Source of the DNA: an uncultured Endomicrobiia bacterium
Lineage (GTDB): Bacteria > Elusimicrobiota > Endomicrobiia > DTEH01
Assembly: GCA_937928765.1 (NCBI GenBank)
Contig: CALFVX010000003.1
Coordinates: 128,081 to 192,080, forward strand
Direction of reading: 5' to 3'
DNA: 64,000 nucleotides
In this document: piece after piece, positions 10,482 to 20,716 of the stretch
How positions within the stretch are numbered: position 1 is the first letter of the stretch
Layout of the letters: each line of letters opens with the position of its first letter
Notes under the pieces: model-generated
The model's database searches: none
What the model saw: the letters and a program-made list of their open reading frames with translations, nothing else
What the model was told of the DNA's origin: nothing
Translations under genes and position numbers: made by a program

Positions 10482-11255
10482 ATGAATTTATTTATATATA
10501 TTTTTCCTACAATTTTTACTGCTGGAAATATGTTTTGCGGATTTTGGTCCATCGTTTTAAGTGTAAAAGGTGAGTTTATAAAATCTTCATGGCTTATAAT
10601 TTTAGGTATCTTATTTGATGGATTAGATGGTGTTTTTGCAAGAGCAAAAAAAATTATAAATTTTTTAGGTATAGAATTAGATTCTCTTTCTGATTTTATA
10701 ACTTTTTGTATTTCACCGATAGTTTTGTTATGGCAGTTAGTAATGTATAAGTATGGTTTTGGTGGTGTTATGTTGTGTTTTTTATATATTTTTTTTGGTG
10801 CGATAAGACTTGCAAGATTTAATGTTATTTTCTATAGTAAAGAGGATAAAAGTAAACCGCTTAAGTATATAGAGGGATTGCCTACACCTGCTGCTGCAGG
10901 CGTTATTGTATCAATTGTTTTGTTGATAAGTTTATCAACAAAAGAGGCTTTAACAAGACGGCATTTAACATTATTTATATCTTTTGTGCCAGTTATATTA
11001 AACTTTATTCCTGCAATAATCTTGCTACTTTCTATACTTATGGTTACAAAATTGAGGTATTTAAAATTTAATAATATAAGATTGACACAAAAAGTTTCTT
11101 TTAAATTATTTTCATTAATATTAACTATAATTCTTTTGCTTTTTGCTTATCCAGAAAGTTCTATATTTATAATTTTTTCAATTTATGTATTATCAGGTTT
11201 AGTGGATTATCTTTTAAAGATGTATAAAATTTCAAAGACAAAATATAAAAGTTGA
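10482..11255 (+). CDS. pssA: CDP-diacylglycerol--serine O-phosphatidyltransferase
   Basis: CDP-alcohol phosphatidyltransferase motif (FDGLDGVFAR...G...D...D) in a polytopic membrane protein. Confidence 0.8.
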   Translation: MNLFIYIFPTIFTAGNMFCGFWSIVLSVKGEFIKSSWLIILGILFDGLDGVFARAKKIINFLGIELDSLSDFITFCISPIVLLWQLVMYKYGFGGVMLCFLYIFFGAIRLARFNVIFYSKEDKSKPLKYIEGLPTPAAAGVIVSIVLLISLSTKEALTRRHLTLFISFVPVILNFIPAIILLLSILMVTKLRYLKFNNIRLTQKVSFKLFSLILTIILLLFAYPESSIFIIFSIYVLSGLVDYLLKMYKISKTKYKS

Positions 11256-11268
11256 TGTTATATTTTTA

Positions 11269-11901
11269 ATGAAAAATGTAAAAGAGGAAATAATAAATCT
11301 CTGTAAGTATCTTGCTGAAAAAGAGTTTATGTTAGCAACAGATGGTAATATATCTTACAGAGTTTCATCTAACAGAATAATTATTACTCCGAGACAAAAA
11401 AATAAGTCAGAATTAACTGTTAGAGATTTAGTTGTTTTAAATCTTTACGGTGAAAAAGTTAGTGGTAAAAATTTTCCTTCTGGAGAATATAAATTACATC
11501 TTATGATTTATAAATATCGTAAAGATATTAAAGCAATAATACATACACATCCTTTATTTTCAACAATATTATCTGTAGCAGATATAAAACTTGACAAACC
11601 AATTTTACCTGAGATGGTTTTGTTAGTAAAAGAAAAGATTCCTACTGTTGAATATGCAACATTTTACACAGAAGATTTGGTAAACAAAGTTAAAAAACAC
11701 ATTTTTACTTCTAATGCATTTTTGTTAAAAAATCATGGGTTGTTAATTTTAGCAGAAGATTTGCAAACAGCATTGTTTAGAACTTTAAAGGTAGAACATT
11801 TAGCAAAAGTTGTATATTTTGCAAAACTTTTAGATAAAACAAAAGCACTTTCTAAAAAACAAGTTGAAGATTTATTAAAATTAAGAAAAACTATAGTTTG
11901 A
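11269..11901 (+). CDS. class II aldolase/adducin-family protein (fuculose-phosphate aldolase / MtnB-like)
   Basis: ATDGNISYR...SGE...IIHTHPLFS zinc-binding His pattern of class II aldolases. Confidence 0.7.
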   Translation: MKNVKEEIINLCKYLAEKEFMLATDGNISYRVSSNRIIITPRQKNKSELTVRDLVVLNLYGEKVSGKNFPSGEYKLHLMIYKYRKDIKAIIHTHPLFSTILSVADIKLDKPILPEMVLLVKEKIPTVEYATFYTEDLVNKVKKHIFTSNAFLLKNHGLLILAEDLQTALFRTLKVEHLAKVVYFAKLLDKTKALSKKQVEDLLKLRKTIV

Positions 11902-11929
11902 TAAAGTTTGTATAAATTGGAGAAATTAT

Positions 11930-13447
11930 ATGAACAAAAAACGAGAATCTTGGGGAACAAAGCTTGGTATAATTTTAGCAGTAGCAGGTTCTGCAGTAGG
12001 ACTTGGAAATTTTTTAAGGTTTCCAGTGCAAGCAGTAAAAAATGGTGGTGGTGTTTTTATGATTCCGTATATAATTTCTTTTCTTTTATTAGGTCTTCCT
12101 CTTATGTGGATAGAATGGACTGCAGGACGGTTTGGTGGAGGTTTTGGTCATGGAACAGCGCCTGGAATTTTTCATACTATGTGGCAAAAAAATAGATTTA
12201 TAAAGTATTTTGGTGTTATAGGTATTTTTGGTCCTTTGGTAATATTTATGTATTATACATATATAGAATCTTGGCTTTTAGGATATACAGTTTTTTCTTT
12301 AACATCAAAATTTTCTTTAATTACTACAGCAGAACAAATGAAAGAATTTTTAGTATGGTATAGAGGAAGTTATTTCTCATATTTATTTTTTATATTTACA
12401 TTTGTAATTAACATTACTGTTGTATTTTTTGGCATAAAAAAAGGAATAGAAAAATTTTGTAATTGGGCTATGCCATTGTTGTTTATATTAGCAATATTTT
12501 TAGTAATAAGAGTATTATCCTTAGGAAGTATAAATCCTGAATTTCCAGAAAATAATCCTATAAAAGGATTAGAATTTTTATGGAAACCAGATTTTAGTAA
12601 ACTTTTAGATACTAAAGTATGGCTTGCTGCTTGTGGACAGGTATTTTTTACACTTTCGGTAGGTATTGGTGTAATACTTACATATGCAAGTTATCTCAAC
12701 AAGAATGATGATGTGATACTTTCAGGTCTTACTTCTGCTGTTACAAACGAATTTGTAGAAGTTGTTTTGGGAGCAACTATAGTGATTCCAGCAGCGTTTA
12801 GTTTTTTAGGTCCGCAGAGAGCTGTTGAAATAGCATCTTCAAGCGCGTTTGATTTAGGTTTTGTAACAATACCACTTATTTTTAAACAAATATCTCTTGG
12901 AACATTTTTTGCATTTTGTTGGTTTTTATTATTATTTTTAGCAGGAATAACTTCTTCAGTTTCGTTAGCACAACCTGCAATAACATTTCTTGAAGATGAG
13001 TTTGATATACCTAAAAAAGACGCGGTTTTGTCTTATGCTGTGATAACTTTTATTTTATGCCAACCATCAATATTTTTGTTAAAATATGGTGTAGTAGATG
13101 AACTTGATTTTTGGGGAGGAACTTTTTGTTTAGTTTTGTTTGGTTGTTTAGAAGCGATATTATTTTCTTGGATTTTTGGAATAGATAAAGCTTGGGATGA
13201 GATGCATTCTGGTGCAGATATTAAATTGCCAAAAATTTATAAATTTATAATAAAATACATAACTCCTTTAATATTGATAATAATTTTAGTTACTTATTTG
13301 TTTCAGGAAGGATTTAATGTGATATTTTTGAAAAATGTTAACCAACAATATTTGCCAATAATAATTTTCACAAGAATATATCTATTAACAATTTTTGTTT
13401 TACTTGTAGTTATGGTTAAAGAAGCCTGGAGAAGAAAAATAAGTTAA
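11930..13447 (+). CDS. neurotransmitter:sodium symporter (NSS) family amino-acid transporter, LeuT-like
   Basis: RESWGTKLGIILAVAGSAVGLGNFLRFPVQAVKNGGGVFMIPYII...PLMWIEW; 505 aa with 12 TM helices. From memory the N-terminal 110 aa are very close to Aquifex aeolicus LeuT. Confidence 0.9.
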   Translation: MNKKRESWGTKLGIILAVAGSAVGLGNFLRFPVQAVKNGGGVFMIPYIISFLLLGLPLMWIEWTAGRFGGGFGHGTAPGIFHTMWQKNRFIKYFGVIGIFGPLVIFMYYTYIESWLLGYTVFSLTSKFSLITTAEQMKEFLVWYRGSYFSYLFFIFTFVINITVVFFGIKKGIEKFCNWAMPLLFILAIFLVIRVLSLGSINPEFPENNPIKGLEFLWKPDFSKLLDTKVWLAACGQVFFTLSVGIGVILTYASYLNKNDDVILSGLTSAVTNEFVEVVLGATIVIPAAFSFLGPQRAVEIASSSAFDLGFVTIPLIFKQISLGTFFAFCWFLLLFLAGITSSVSLAQPAITFLEDEFDIPKKDAVLSYAVITFILCQPSIFLLKYGVVDELDFWGGTFCLVLFGCLEAILFSWIFGIDKAWDEMHSGADIKLPKIYKFIIKYITPLILIIILVTYLFQEGFNVIFLKNVNQQYLPIIIFTRIYLLTIFVLLVVMVKEAWRRKIS

Positions 13448-13454
13448 AATTTTT

Positions 13455-14138
13455 TTATAGATCTTTTATATATATTTTTAGTTTCAAATTATTATTTATT
13501 TGTTTATACCATTCTTCAAGAACAGCAATTTGTTTCTCTTGCAAAAGTTGAGTATATAATTTTTGTTTTTCTTCATCATTTTTTGGTTTATAAACTTTAA
13601 AATAATCATCAACCTCTTGTTTAGAAAGCTTCACTGAAGAAATAATAAAATCACGTAGTTTAAACATTGCAATACGTTTTCTTCGTGACTCTTCAAAATC
13701 CTTTGGTGTAGTTTTTAACCTTAAAGCAAGTGTTCTATAATATGTTTCTCTATCAAAATGGCCATCTTTTTGGAAAGCAGGTATACTCATAATGTCGAAA
13801 TAAACTTCCTTGTCTGTTACAAAAATACCATATTTTTTTGCTTCTTGCCAAAAAACTTCTTCTTGAATTAAATCTCTTAAGACCTGTTGTTTAATTTGTT
13901 TTATTACTTGTTCTGTGATTTCGTTACCTTGGTTACGATAATTTTCAATATATTGGTTTACAAGATTGTTAAATTTTGTAATTGTGATTTTTATACCATT
14001 TACTGTTGCAGCAGTGTTTGTAGTAGTTGAATATCTTATATATCCGCCAAAACCTAAAAATATTCCTGCAAAAAATCCAATAATTGTTATTATAAAAATA
14101 TCTCTTCTGTGAATTCTTAAATATTCAAAAATGTTCAT
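13455..14138 (-). CDS. SurA N-terminal-domain protein (periplasmic chaperone-like, PpiD/SurA family)
   Basis: N-terminal TM anchor, then a TVNGxxI...L..L.....L..EA pattern typical of the SurA/PpiD N-domain. No PPIase domain. Confidence 0.5.
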   Translation of the reverse strand: MNIFEYLRIHRRDIFIITIIGFFAGIFLGFGGYIRYSTTTNTAATVNGIKITITKFNNLVNQYIENYRNQGNEITEQVIKQIKQQVLRDLIQEEVFWQEAKKYGIFVTDKEVYFDIMSIPAFQKDGHFDRETYYRTLALRLKTTPKDFEESRRKRIAMFKLRDFIISSVKLSKQEVDDYFKVYKPKNDEEKQKLYTQLLQEKQIAVLEEWYKQINNNLKLKIYIKDL

Positions 14139-14201
14139 ACATATAACCCTTTTTTAAAAGATCATTTTAAAAAATACTAAATAATAAGTTGTCAGTCAAG
14201 G

Positions 14202-14230
14202 TTGACTTAAAAAAATTTTTTTTGTATAAT
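14202..14230 (+). promoter_or_regulatory. near-consensus sigma70 promoter (TTGACT-17 nt-TATAAT) whose -35 overlaps the palindrome AGTCAAGGTTGACT
   Basis: TTGACT at 14202-14207, a 17-nt spacer and TATAAT at 14225-14230, 38 nt upstream of the 14268 ORF. The inverted repeat AGTCAA-GG-TTGACT is at 14194-14207. Confidence 0.5.
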
Positions 14231-14267
14231 AATATGTTATATTTTCCTAATAATTTATATTTTAAAA

Positions 14268-15101
14268 ATGAAGATAAAAAAATATTTCATAATTTTTTTA
14301 GTATCGATGATAGTAAATTGTAGCAATCCTAAAAGTTTGATTGAGAATGCTTTAAAAGACGAAAAAAATGAGAGATATGACTCTGCACAGCAGAAATATT
14401 TGACAATTATAGTAAAATACCCTAAAAGCGATTTTGTTTTGGAAGCAAAATACAGGTTGGGTTTAATTTATAAAGATGTAAAAAAAGATTATTTTCAAGC
14501 AAGAATGTGGTTTTCACAAGTTGTAAACTATCATCAAGAAAGCGAATTTGTAAAATTTGCAAAAGTAGGAATTTTAGAATCACCTGATTATGTTGGTGCT
14601 ATAGATGGAAATGTTATTATTTTAGGAGATATAGAATCTCGTGGGAAAAATATGAAAAGTGTTTTTGAATTTAAAAAGTTAGATTTTGATCTTTACAGAT
14701 GCGGTTGTAAACTTTATGCTGGAGAAAAACTTGTTCGTGAAGAAGAAAGGTTTTATCTAAAAACAGAGGATGAAATCCGAGAATATTTTGAGAATCCAAA
14801 AAATTCTACAAAGAAAGATTTAAAGTATACTATAATATATAAAACTCCGTCGGAAATAGGTAATAGTTGGTCAACCATTAAAGAAAATAAAGAGGTTTCT
14901 TACAAAATTGTAGATACATCTTTGAGATTAAAATTTGCAAAAAAAGAATTTGAAAATTGTATAAAAGTTTTAGAAAGATATAAAAATGAAACAGGGATAA
15001 GATATCTATACTACGCACCAAATAAAGGTTGTGTAAGAATCACAACTTCATCAACAAAAAATCCTGACAAAGAGTTTACAGTTTTAGAATTGGTAGAGTA
15101 A
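14268..15101 (+). CDS. secreted/lipoprotein-like protein with TPR-like N-terminal region
   Basis: Signal peptide ending in IVNCS. The motif KYPKSDFVLEAKYRLGLIYKD is TPR-like (YbgF/outer-membrane lipoprotein style). Confidence 0.45.
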   Translation: MKIKKYFIIFLVSMIVNCSNPKSLIENALKDEKNERYDSAQQKYLTIIVKYPKSDFVLEAKYRLGLIYKDVKKDYFQARMWFSQVVNYHQESEFVKFAKVGILESPDYVGAIDGNVIILGDIESRGKNMKSVFEFKKLDFDLYRCGCKLYAGEKLVREEERFYLKTEDEIREYFENPKNSTKKDLKYTIIYKTPSEIGNSWSTIKENKEVSYKIVDTSLRLKFAKKEFENCIKVLERYKNETGIRYLYYAPNKGCVRITTSSTKNPDKEFTVLELVE

Positions 15102-15241
15102 AAATGTGAAAGAAAATAAAAAAACAGGTAAAATTAAAGAAAATTTGCCTAAATTACATAAAGTTGTAAATTTTTTATATTAGTTGCTAAGATTAAAAAA
15201 TTTTTTAATAGTTAACATAAAGAAAGGAGAAATAAATATTT

Positions 15242-16300
15242 ATGAAAACATACAAAATTGCTTTAATACCTGGTGATGGAACAGGTCCGGAAGTTGTTAA
15301 CGAAGGGGTAAAAGTTTTGCAATCAGCAGGGCAGAAATATAATGTAAAATTTGAGTTTGTAAAATTTGATTTTGGTGCAGAGAGATACTTGAGAACTGCT
15401 GAAACATTACCAGATTCTGCAATTGAAGAATTAAAAAATTTTGATGCAATTTATCTTGGGGCGATTGGTCATCCAGATGTAAAACCTGGTATTTTAGAAG
15501 TTGGTATTTTGTTAAAATTGAGATTCGCTTTTGATCAATATATAAACTTAAGGCCAGTAAAACTTTATCGTGCTGAAGATTGTCCTATAAAAGATAAAAC
15601 TCCTAAAGATATAGATTTTGTAGTGATAAGAGAAAATACTGGTGGTCTTTATACTTCAATAGGTGGAATACAACAAAAAAATACAAAATATGAAATATCA
15701 ACACAGCTTATGATTTATTCATACCATCAAATTGAACGGTGTATAAGGTATTCATATGAATATACAAGAAAAAGAAATAAAAAAAAGCAACTTACTTTGG
15801 TACACAAAACTAATGTTTTAACATACTGTGGAGATTTATGGTGGAGAGTATTTCAAGAAGTTGGTAAAGAATATCCTGACATAAAACAAGATTACAACCA
15901 TGTAGATGCTTGTTGTATGTGGTTTGTAAAATCGCCAGAATATTATGATGTAGTTGTAACTGAAAATATGTTTGGAGATATTATAACAGACCTTGCAGCA
16001 ATAATTCAGGGTGGGTTAGGTATTGCTGCTGGTGGAAATATTAATCCTGAAGGTGTTTCTATGTTTGAACCTATGGGTGGGTCTGCACCAAAATATGCTG
16101 GTAAAAATGTTATAAATCCGCTTGCTGCAATATACGCAGCTTCTATGATGATGGATTTTTTAGGTGAAGAAAGAATTGCTGACTCTATTGATAAGGCAAT
16201 ACAAAAAGCTTTGTTAAGTGGAAAAATAAAAAGTTTATCAGCAGGAAAAATGGGACTTACAACTTCAGAAGTTGGAGATTTAGTTGCAGAATTAGTTTGA
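15242..16300 (+). CDS. isocitrate/isopropylmalate dehydrogenase family enzyme (3-isopropylmalate/tartrate/homoisocitrate dehydrogenase-like)
   Basis: IALIPGDGTGPEV, NLRP and IRENTGGLY motifs in a 352-aa protein. Confidence 0.85.
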   Translation: MKTYKIALIPGDGTGPEVVNEGVKVLQSAGQKYNVKFEFVKFDFGAERYLRTAETLPDSAIEELKNFDAIYLGAIGHPDVKPGILEVGILLKLRFAFDQYINLRPVKLYRAEDCPIKDKTPKDIDFVVIRENTGGLYTSIGGIQQKNTKYEISTQLMIYSYHQIERCIRYSYEYTRKRNKKKQLTLVHKTNVLTYCGDLWWRVFQEVGKEYPDIKQDYNHVDACCMWFVKSPEYYDVVVTENMFGDIITDLAAIIQGGLGIAAGGNINPEGVSMFEPMGGSAPKYAGKNVINPLAAIYAASMMMDFLGEERIADSIDKAIQKALLSGKIKSLSAGKMGLTTSEVGDLVAELV

Positions 16301-16361
16301 AAACAGTGAGGAAATTCTTAATTTTTAAGCAACTACAAAAAAAGAAAGGAGAAAAATTTTT

Positions 16362-17444
16362 ATGTATAATATATCAGTAGTGGGAGCAACAGGTGCTGTA
16401 GGACAAGAGATGTTACATATGCTTGAATTAAGAAATTTTCCTGTTAACAAAATTTATCCTTTTGCATCAAGCAGGTCAAAAGGTAAAAAAGTTTTGTTTA
16501 AAGACAAAGAGTACGAAATTATAGAACTTACAAAAGAAAATGTTAAGAAATATTCAAAAGATATACATCTTGTATTATTTTCAGCAGGAGCATCTGTATC
16601 AAAAGAGTTTGCGCCAATTTTTGCAGAAGAAAATATCTTTGTAGTTGACAATTCTTCTGCTTGGAGGATGCAACCAGAGATTCCTTTAGTTGTTCCAGAG
16701 GTTAATCCGCATACTTTATCAAAAGACAAAAAAATTATTGCAAATCCGAACTGTTCTACAATACAGATGGTTGTAGTTTTAGCACCAATACATAAAGTTG
16801 CAAAGATTAAAAGAATAGTTGTTTCAACATATCAATCAGTTTCAGGTGCTGGTGGAAAAGCTATGATTGAACTCTTTGAAGAAACAAAAAAAGTTTTGTC
16901 TCAGCTTGAAAAAGAAAAAACGCTAATGTCTCATAATATAAAATCTTTTGTAATAGAAAAAACACAACCTTTTGTTTTACCAAAACAGATTGCTTTTAAC
17001 TTAATTCCACAGATTGATATTTTCTTACAAAATTTGTATACAAAAGAAGAGATGAAGATGGTTAACGAAACAAGAAAGATTCTAGAAGATGAAAATATAA
17101 AAATTTCTGCACAATGTGTAAGAGTTCCGGTATTTAGATCACATTCAGAATCTGTTTGGATAGAAACAGAAAAAAAAATATCTGTTGATGAAACAAAAGA
17201 TATCTTGTCTTCTTTAAAAAGTGTAAAGATTATAGATGATCCTTTTAATACAGACCCAAATCTTAGGTATCCAACACCGATAGATGCTTCTCAACAACAA
17301 ATAACTTATGTTGGAAGAATAAGAGAAGATTTATCTTGTGATAACGGATTAGTTTTTTGGATTGTTTCTGACAATCTCCTTAAAGGTGCAGCACTTAACG
17401 CAGTAGAAATTTTGGAAGAAATGCTAAAAAGAGATATAATTTAG
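16362..17444 (+). CDS. asd: aspartate-semialdehyde dehydrogenase
   Basis: VVGATGAVGQ NAD(P)-binding motif and the active-site ANPNCSTI. Confidence 0.9.
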   Translation: MYNISVVGATGAVGQEMLHMLELRNFPVNKIYPFASSRSKGKKVLFKDKEYEIIELTKENVKKYSKDIHLVLFSAGASVSKEFAPIFAEENIFVVDNSSAWRMQPEIPLVVPEVNPHTLSKDKKIIANPNCSTIQMVVVLAPIHKVAKIKRIVVSTYQSVSGAGGKAMIELFEETKKVLSQLEKEKTLMSHNIKSFVIEKTQPFVLPKQIAFNLIPQIDIFLQNLYTKEEMKMVNETRKILEDENIKISAQCVRVPVFRSHSESVWIETEKKISVDETKDILSSLKSVKIIDDPFNTDPNLRYPTPIDASQQQITYVGRIREDLSCDNGLVFWIVSDNLLKGAALNAVEILEEMLKRDII

Positions 17445-17502
17445 TGTTGAATTATTAGGTTTAAAAAATAGAAGAATTTTAATAAAACAGAGGAAATTTT
17501 TT

Positions 17503-18213
17503 ATGAAAAAACTTATAGTTAATGCAGACGATTTTGGTTTTAATGAAAAGATAAATCAAGGTATTATCCATTCATATAAAAACGGAGTAGTTACATCTAC
17601 GAGTCTTATAGCTACAAAAGAAGGGTTTGAAGATGCTATCAATTTAGCAAAAGAAAATCCAAAACTTTCAATTGGTTTACATCTAGACTTAGACCAATTT
17701 TTTGAGGTAAACCATAGTCGTGGTATAATTACTGCTCCCAAGCAGACTCCTTTAGAATTAGATGTTATAAATGGAGAAATTAAAAGACAAATTGATTTAG
17801 TTTTATCCAAAGGAATAACAATAGATCATCTTACAGGACATCATCATATACATTTGATAGACGAAATTTTTCCAATTGTGGTTGACATAATGAAAGAATA
17901 TAAAATTCTTGCAATAAGGTTTAATAGAAAAATTTTGTATAATCAAAATAGATATGATGAATTTAAATCTATTTTAGACAGCAATGGTATAGTTTATCCA
18001 CCGCATTTTATTGAAGGTTGGTATTGGGGAAATATTGACGAAGTGTTTACAATTGCTGAACTTATGACACATCCTGGTTATGGCGAACTTTGGCGAGAAT
18101 ACGAACTTTCTTCAAGTTGTGATATAAAACTTAAAATGTATTTAAGAGAAAAAAATGTTGAGTTAATCACTTATAGTGATCTCATAGATGAGTTTAAGAC
18201 AAAAAATAATTAA
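17503..18213 (+). CDS. YdjC/ChbG-family carbohydrate deacetylase
   Basis: N-terminal VNADDFGFN..IN.GI motif and HLDL metal-site region characteristic of YdjC. Confidence 0.7.
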   Translation: MKKLIVNADDFGFNEKINQGIIHSYKNGVVTSTSLIATKEGFEDAINLAKENPKLSIGLHLDLDQFFEVNHSRGIITAPKQTPLELDVINGEIKRQIDLVLSKGITIDHLTGHHHIHLIDEIFPIVVDIMKEYKILAIRFNRKILYNQNRYDEFKSILDSNGIVYPPHFIEGWYWGNIDEVFTIAELMTHPGYGELWREYELSSSCDIKLKMYLREKNVELITYSDLIDEFKTKNN

Positions 18214-18236
18214 TAAATTTTTCAGGTTTTACTTCT

Positions 18237-18986
18237 GTGCAGATTTATAATTTAGTTGTTGAATATAATGGAAAAAATTTCTATGGGAGTCAGATTCAGA
18301 GTTCTTTAAGAACCGTTGAAGGTGTTTTAAAAAATGTTCTTTCAAAGTTGTTAAAGAAAAAATTTGAATTATATTTTGTTTCTAGAACAGATACAGGTGT
18401 GCATTGTTTATATAATATTGCAAAATTGTATTATGAAGATGAAATTAAGAATTTAAAAAATTTTTTAGAAAAATTAAACTTTGTTTTACCAGAAGATTTG
18501 CAGGTAAAGAAAATTTTTAAATTAAAAAAAGATTTTAATACAAGAAAAGTTAAATATAAAATTTATCAGTATAATATTTATAACTCCATAAATAAGCCGA
18601 CTTTGTATAAAGAATACCTCTGGTGGATAAAAGAGAAGTTGTCATTGACACTGTTAAAAAAAGCTGCCAAGATTGTTTCATCACAAAAAAATTTTCGTTT
18701 TGCAACAACAAGCGATTTTATAAAAACAAAAAAGAGTACAAAATGTAAAATTGAAATAAAATTTTCTAAAACACAAGAATTTATAAAAATTATTTTTAAA
18801 GGTAAAAAATTTTTGCATAGAATGTTGCGAAATTTAGTTTCTTTACTTGTAAATGTAGCTATTGGAAAAATTTCAATTGATGAGCTTAAGAATATAATTA
18901 GTAGTTGGGGATATTTTAAGTTAACCCCAGCACCTGCTAAAGGACTTATCCTTTTAAAAATAGTATTTGATAAAATAAAGAAATGA
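18237..18986 (+). CDS. truA: tRNA pseudouridine(38-40) synthase TruA
   Basis: VEYNGKNFYGSQIQ...SRTDTGVHC catalytic Asp motif. GTG start. Confidence 0.8.
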   Translation: MQIYNLVVEYNGKNFYGSQIQSSLRTVEGVLKNVLSKLLKKKFELYFVSRTDTGVHCLYNIAKLYYEDEIKNLKNFLEKLNFVLPEDLQVKKIFKLKKDFNTRKVKYKIYQYNIYNSINKPTLYKEYLWWIKEKLSLTLLKKAAKIVSSQKNFRFATTSDFIKTKKSTKCKIEIKFSKTQEFIKIIFKGKKFLHRMLRNLVSLLVNVAIGKISIDELKNIISSWGYFKLTPAPAKGLILLKIVFDKIKK

Positions 18987-19001
18987 AAAAGGAAGATTTT
19001 T

Positions 19002-19313
19002 ATGAAAGAAAATATTATAAAAAATTTTGCTAAAAAAATTTCGTTGGTTTTAAAAGAAACAACAAAACTTTTAAAACAAGATGCAATATATGGTATAAGA
19101 TTGGGTAGGTCAAAGTTAAAAGAGCTAAAATTAGAACAAAAAAAATTAGAAAAACTGATAGAAATAGGAAGAAAAACATATTTTCTTTATAAAAAAGGAA
19201 TAATTAAAGATCAAGAATTACAAAAACTTTGTGGTCAACTTTCAATCCTTGAGCAAACAGCAAAACAATATCATACCGTTTCTGAAGAATACAAAAGGAA
19301 TATAAAAATATGA
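19002..19313 (+). CDS. hypothetical coiled-coil protein, translationally coupled to glmU
   Basis: 103 aa, K/E-rich helical protein. Its stop overlaps the glmU start (ATGA). Confidence 0.4.
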   Translation: MKENIIKNFAKKISLVLKETTKLLKQDAIYGIRLGRSKLKELKLEQKKLEKLIEIGRKTYFLYKKGIIKDQELQKLCGQLSILEQTAKQYHTVSEEYKRNIKI

Positions 19314-20716
19314 AAAAAGCAAAACTTAGCTGTGCAATTCTTGCTGCAGGCGAAGGTACGCGAATGAAATCAGACTATCCTAAAGTGTTGTTTTCTATTT
19401 GTGGCAAAAGTATAATAGATTTTGTTATAGATACAGTAAAAAGATTAAATATAGAAAAGATTTATGTAGTTGTTGGCTATAGAAGTGATTTAGTTAAGCA
19501 ACATATTTTAAATTCTGAATTTATAGATGATAAAACAAAAGAAAAAATTATTTTTGTAGAACAAAAACACCAGCTAGGTTCAGCCGATGCTTTAGCAAAA
19601 GTTAAAAAATTCATAGATAAAAACATAAGCCACTTATTGGTTCTTTCAGGTGATGTACCATTAGTTTCTTTTGACACATTAAAAAACTTGCTTGACACAC
19701 ATATAAATTCAGATGTTGAATGTAGTGTTTTAAGTGTAATGATGGAAAATCCTTATGGATATGGTAGAATTATAAGAGATATTTCAAAAAAATTTATTGA
19801 TATTGTTGAAGAGACAGAATCTACTCAAGAACAAAAAACTATAAAAGAAGTTAATTCTGGTATTTATGTTTTTAAATTGCCAATTTTATGGTCTAAATTA
19901 AAAAAAGTTAATCCAAATAATAAAAAAAATGAATATTTTCTTACAGATGTAGTAAGATTCTTATCTTCAAAACAAACGGTCTTGTGTAAAAATTCTTTTG
20001 AAGTTAAGGGTATAAACACAAGAAAGGATTTATCAGAAATAGAAGGAATTGTAAGAAAGCAAATTTTAGAAATGTTAATGTTAGAAGGTGTAACAATAAG
20101 AATGCCGGAAAGTGTATATATAGATTTTAAATCAAAGATTGAAAGTTGTGTAGAAATTTTGCCAGGAAGTATTATTTTAAATTCTTATATTTCTAAAGGA
20201 TGTATTATAGGACCTTATAGTGTGATAGTGAATAGTTTTATTAAAGAAAATACAGAAGTTGTTTATTCTCACATTTCAGATTCAAAGATAGGCAAGGGAT
20301 GTAAAATAGGTCCTTTTAGCAGAATTCGTCCTAAGACAAATATAGAAGATAATGTAAGGATAGGAAATTTTGTAGAAATAAAAAATAGCGTTATAAAAAC
20401 CAATACTAAGGTAAACCATCTTTCGTACATTGGCGATACAACTTTGTCTGAAAATGTCAACATTGGTGCAGGAACTATTACCTGTAATTTTGACGGAATA
20501 AAAAAACATAAGACTTTTGTAGGTAGAAATGTTTTTGTAGGTTCAAATGTGAATTTAGTAGCGCCAATAGAGATAGCTGATAATGTTGTGATAGCGGCTG
20601 GATCTACTATAACTAAAAATATTCCTTCTAACACATTTGTTATTGCAAGAGCTCAGGAAATACAAAAAAAAAATCACAGAATTGTAAAAAAATTGTTTGG
20701 AGGAAAAAATGAGTAG
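19310..20716 (+). CDS. glmU: bifunctional UDP-GlcNAc pyrophosphorylase / glucosamine-1-phosphate N-acetyltransferase
   Basis: N-terminal LAAGEGTRMKS nucleotidyltransferase motif and C-terminal left-handed beta-helix hexapeptide repeats; 468 aa. Confidence 0.9.
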   Translation: MKKAKLSCAILAAGEGTRMKSDYPKVLFSICGKSIIDFVIDTVKRLNIEKIYVVVGYRSDLVKQHILNSEFIDDKTKEKIIFVEQKHQLGSADALAKVKKFIDKNISHLLVLSGDVPLVSFDTLKNLLDTHINSDVECSVLSVMMENPYGYGRIIRDISKKFIDIVEETESTQEQKTIKEVNSGIYVFKLPILWSKLKKVNPNNKKNEYFLTDVVRFLSSKQTVLCKNSFEVKGINTRKDLSEIEGIVRKQILEMLMLEGVTIRMPESVYIDFKSKIESCVEILPGSIILNSYISKGCIIGPYSVIVNSFIKENTEVVYSHISDSKIGKGCKIGPFSRIRPKTNIEDNVRIGNFVEIKNSVIKTNTKVNHLSYIGDTTLSENVNIGAGTITCNFDGIKKHKTFVGRNVFVGSNVNLVAPIEIADNVVIAAGSTITKNIPSNTFVIARAQEIQKKNHRIVKKLFGGKNE

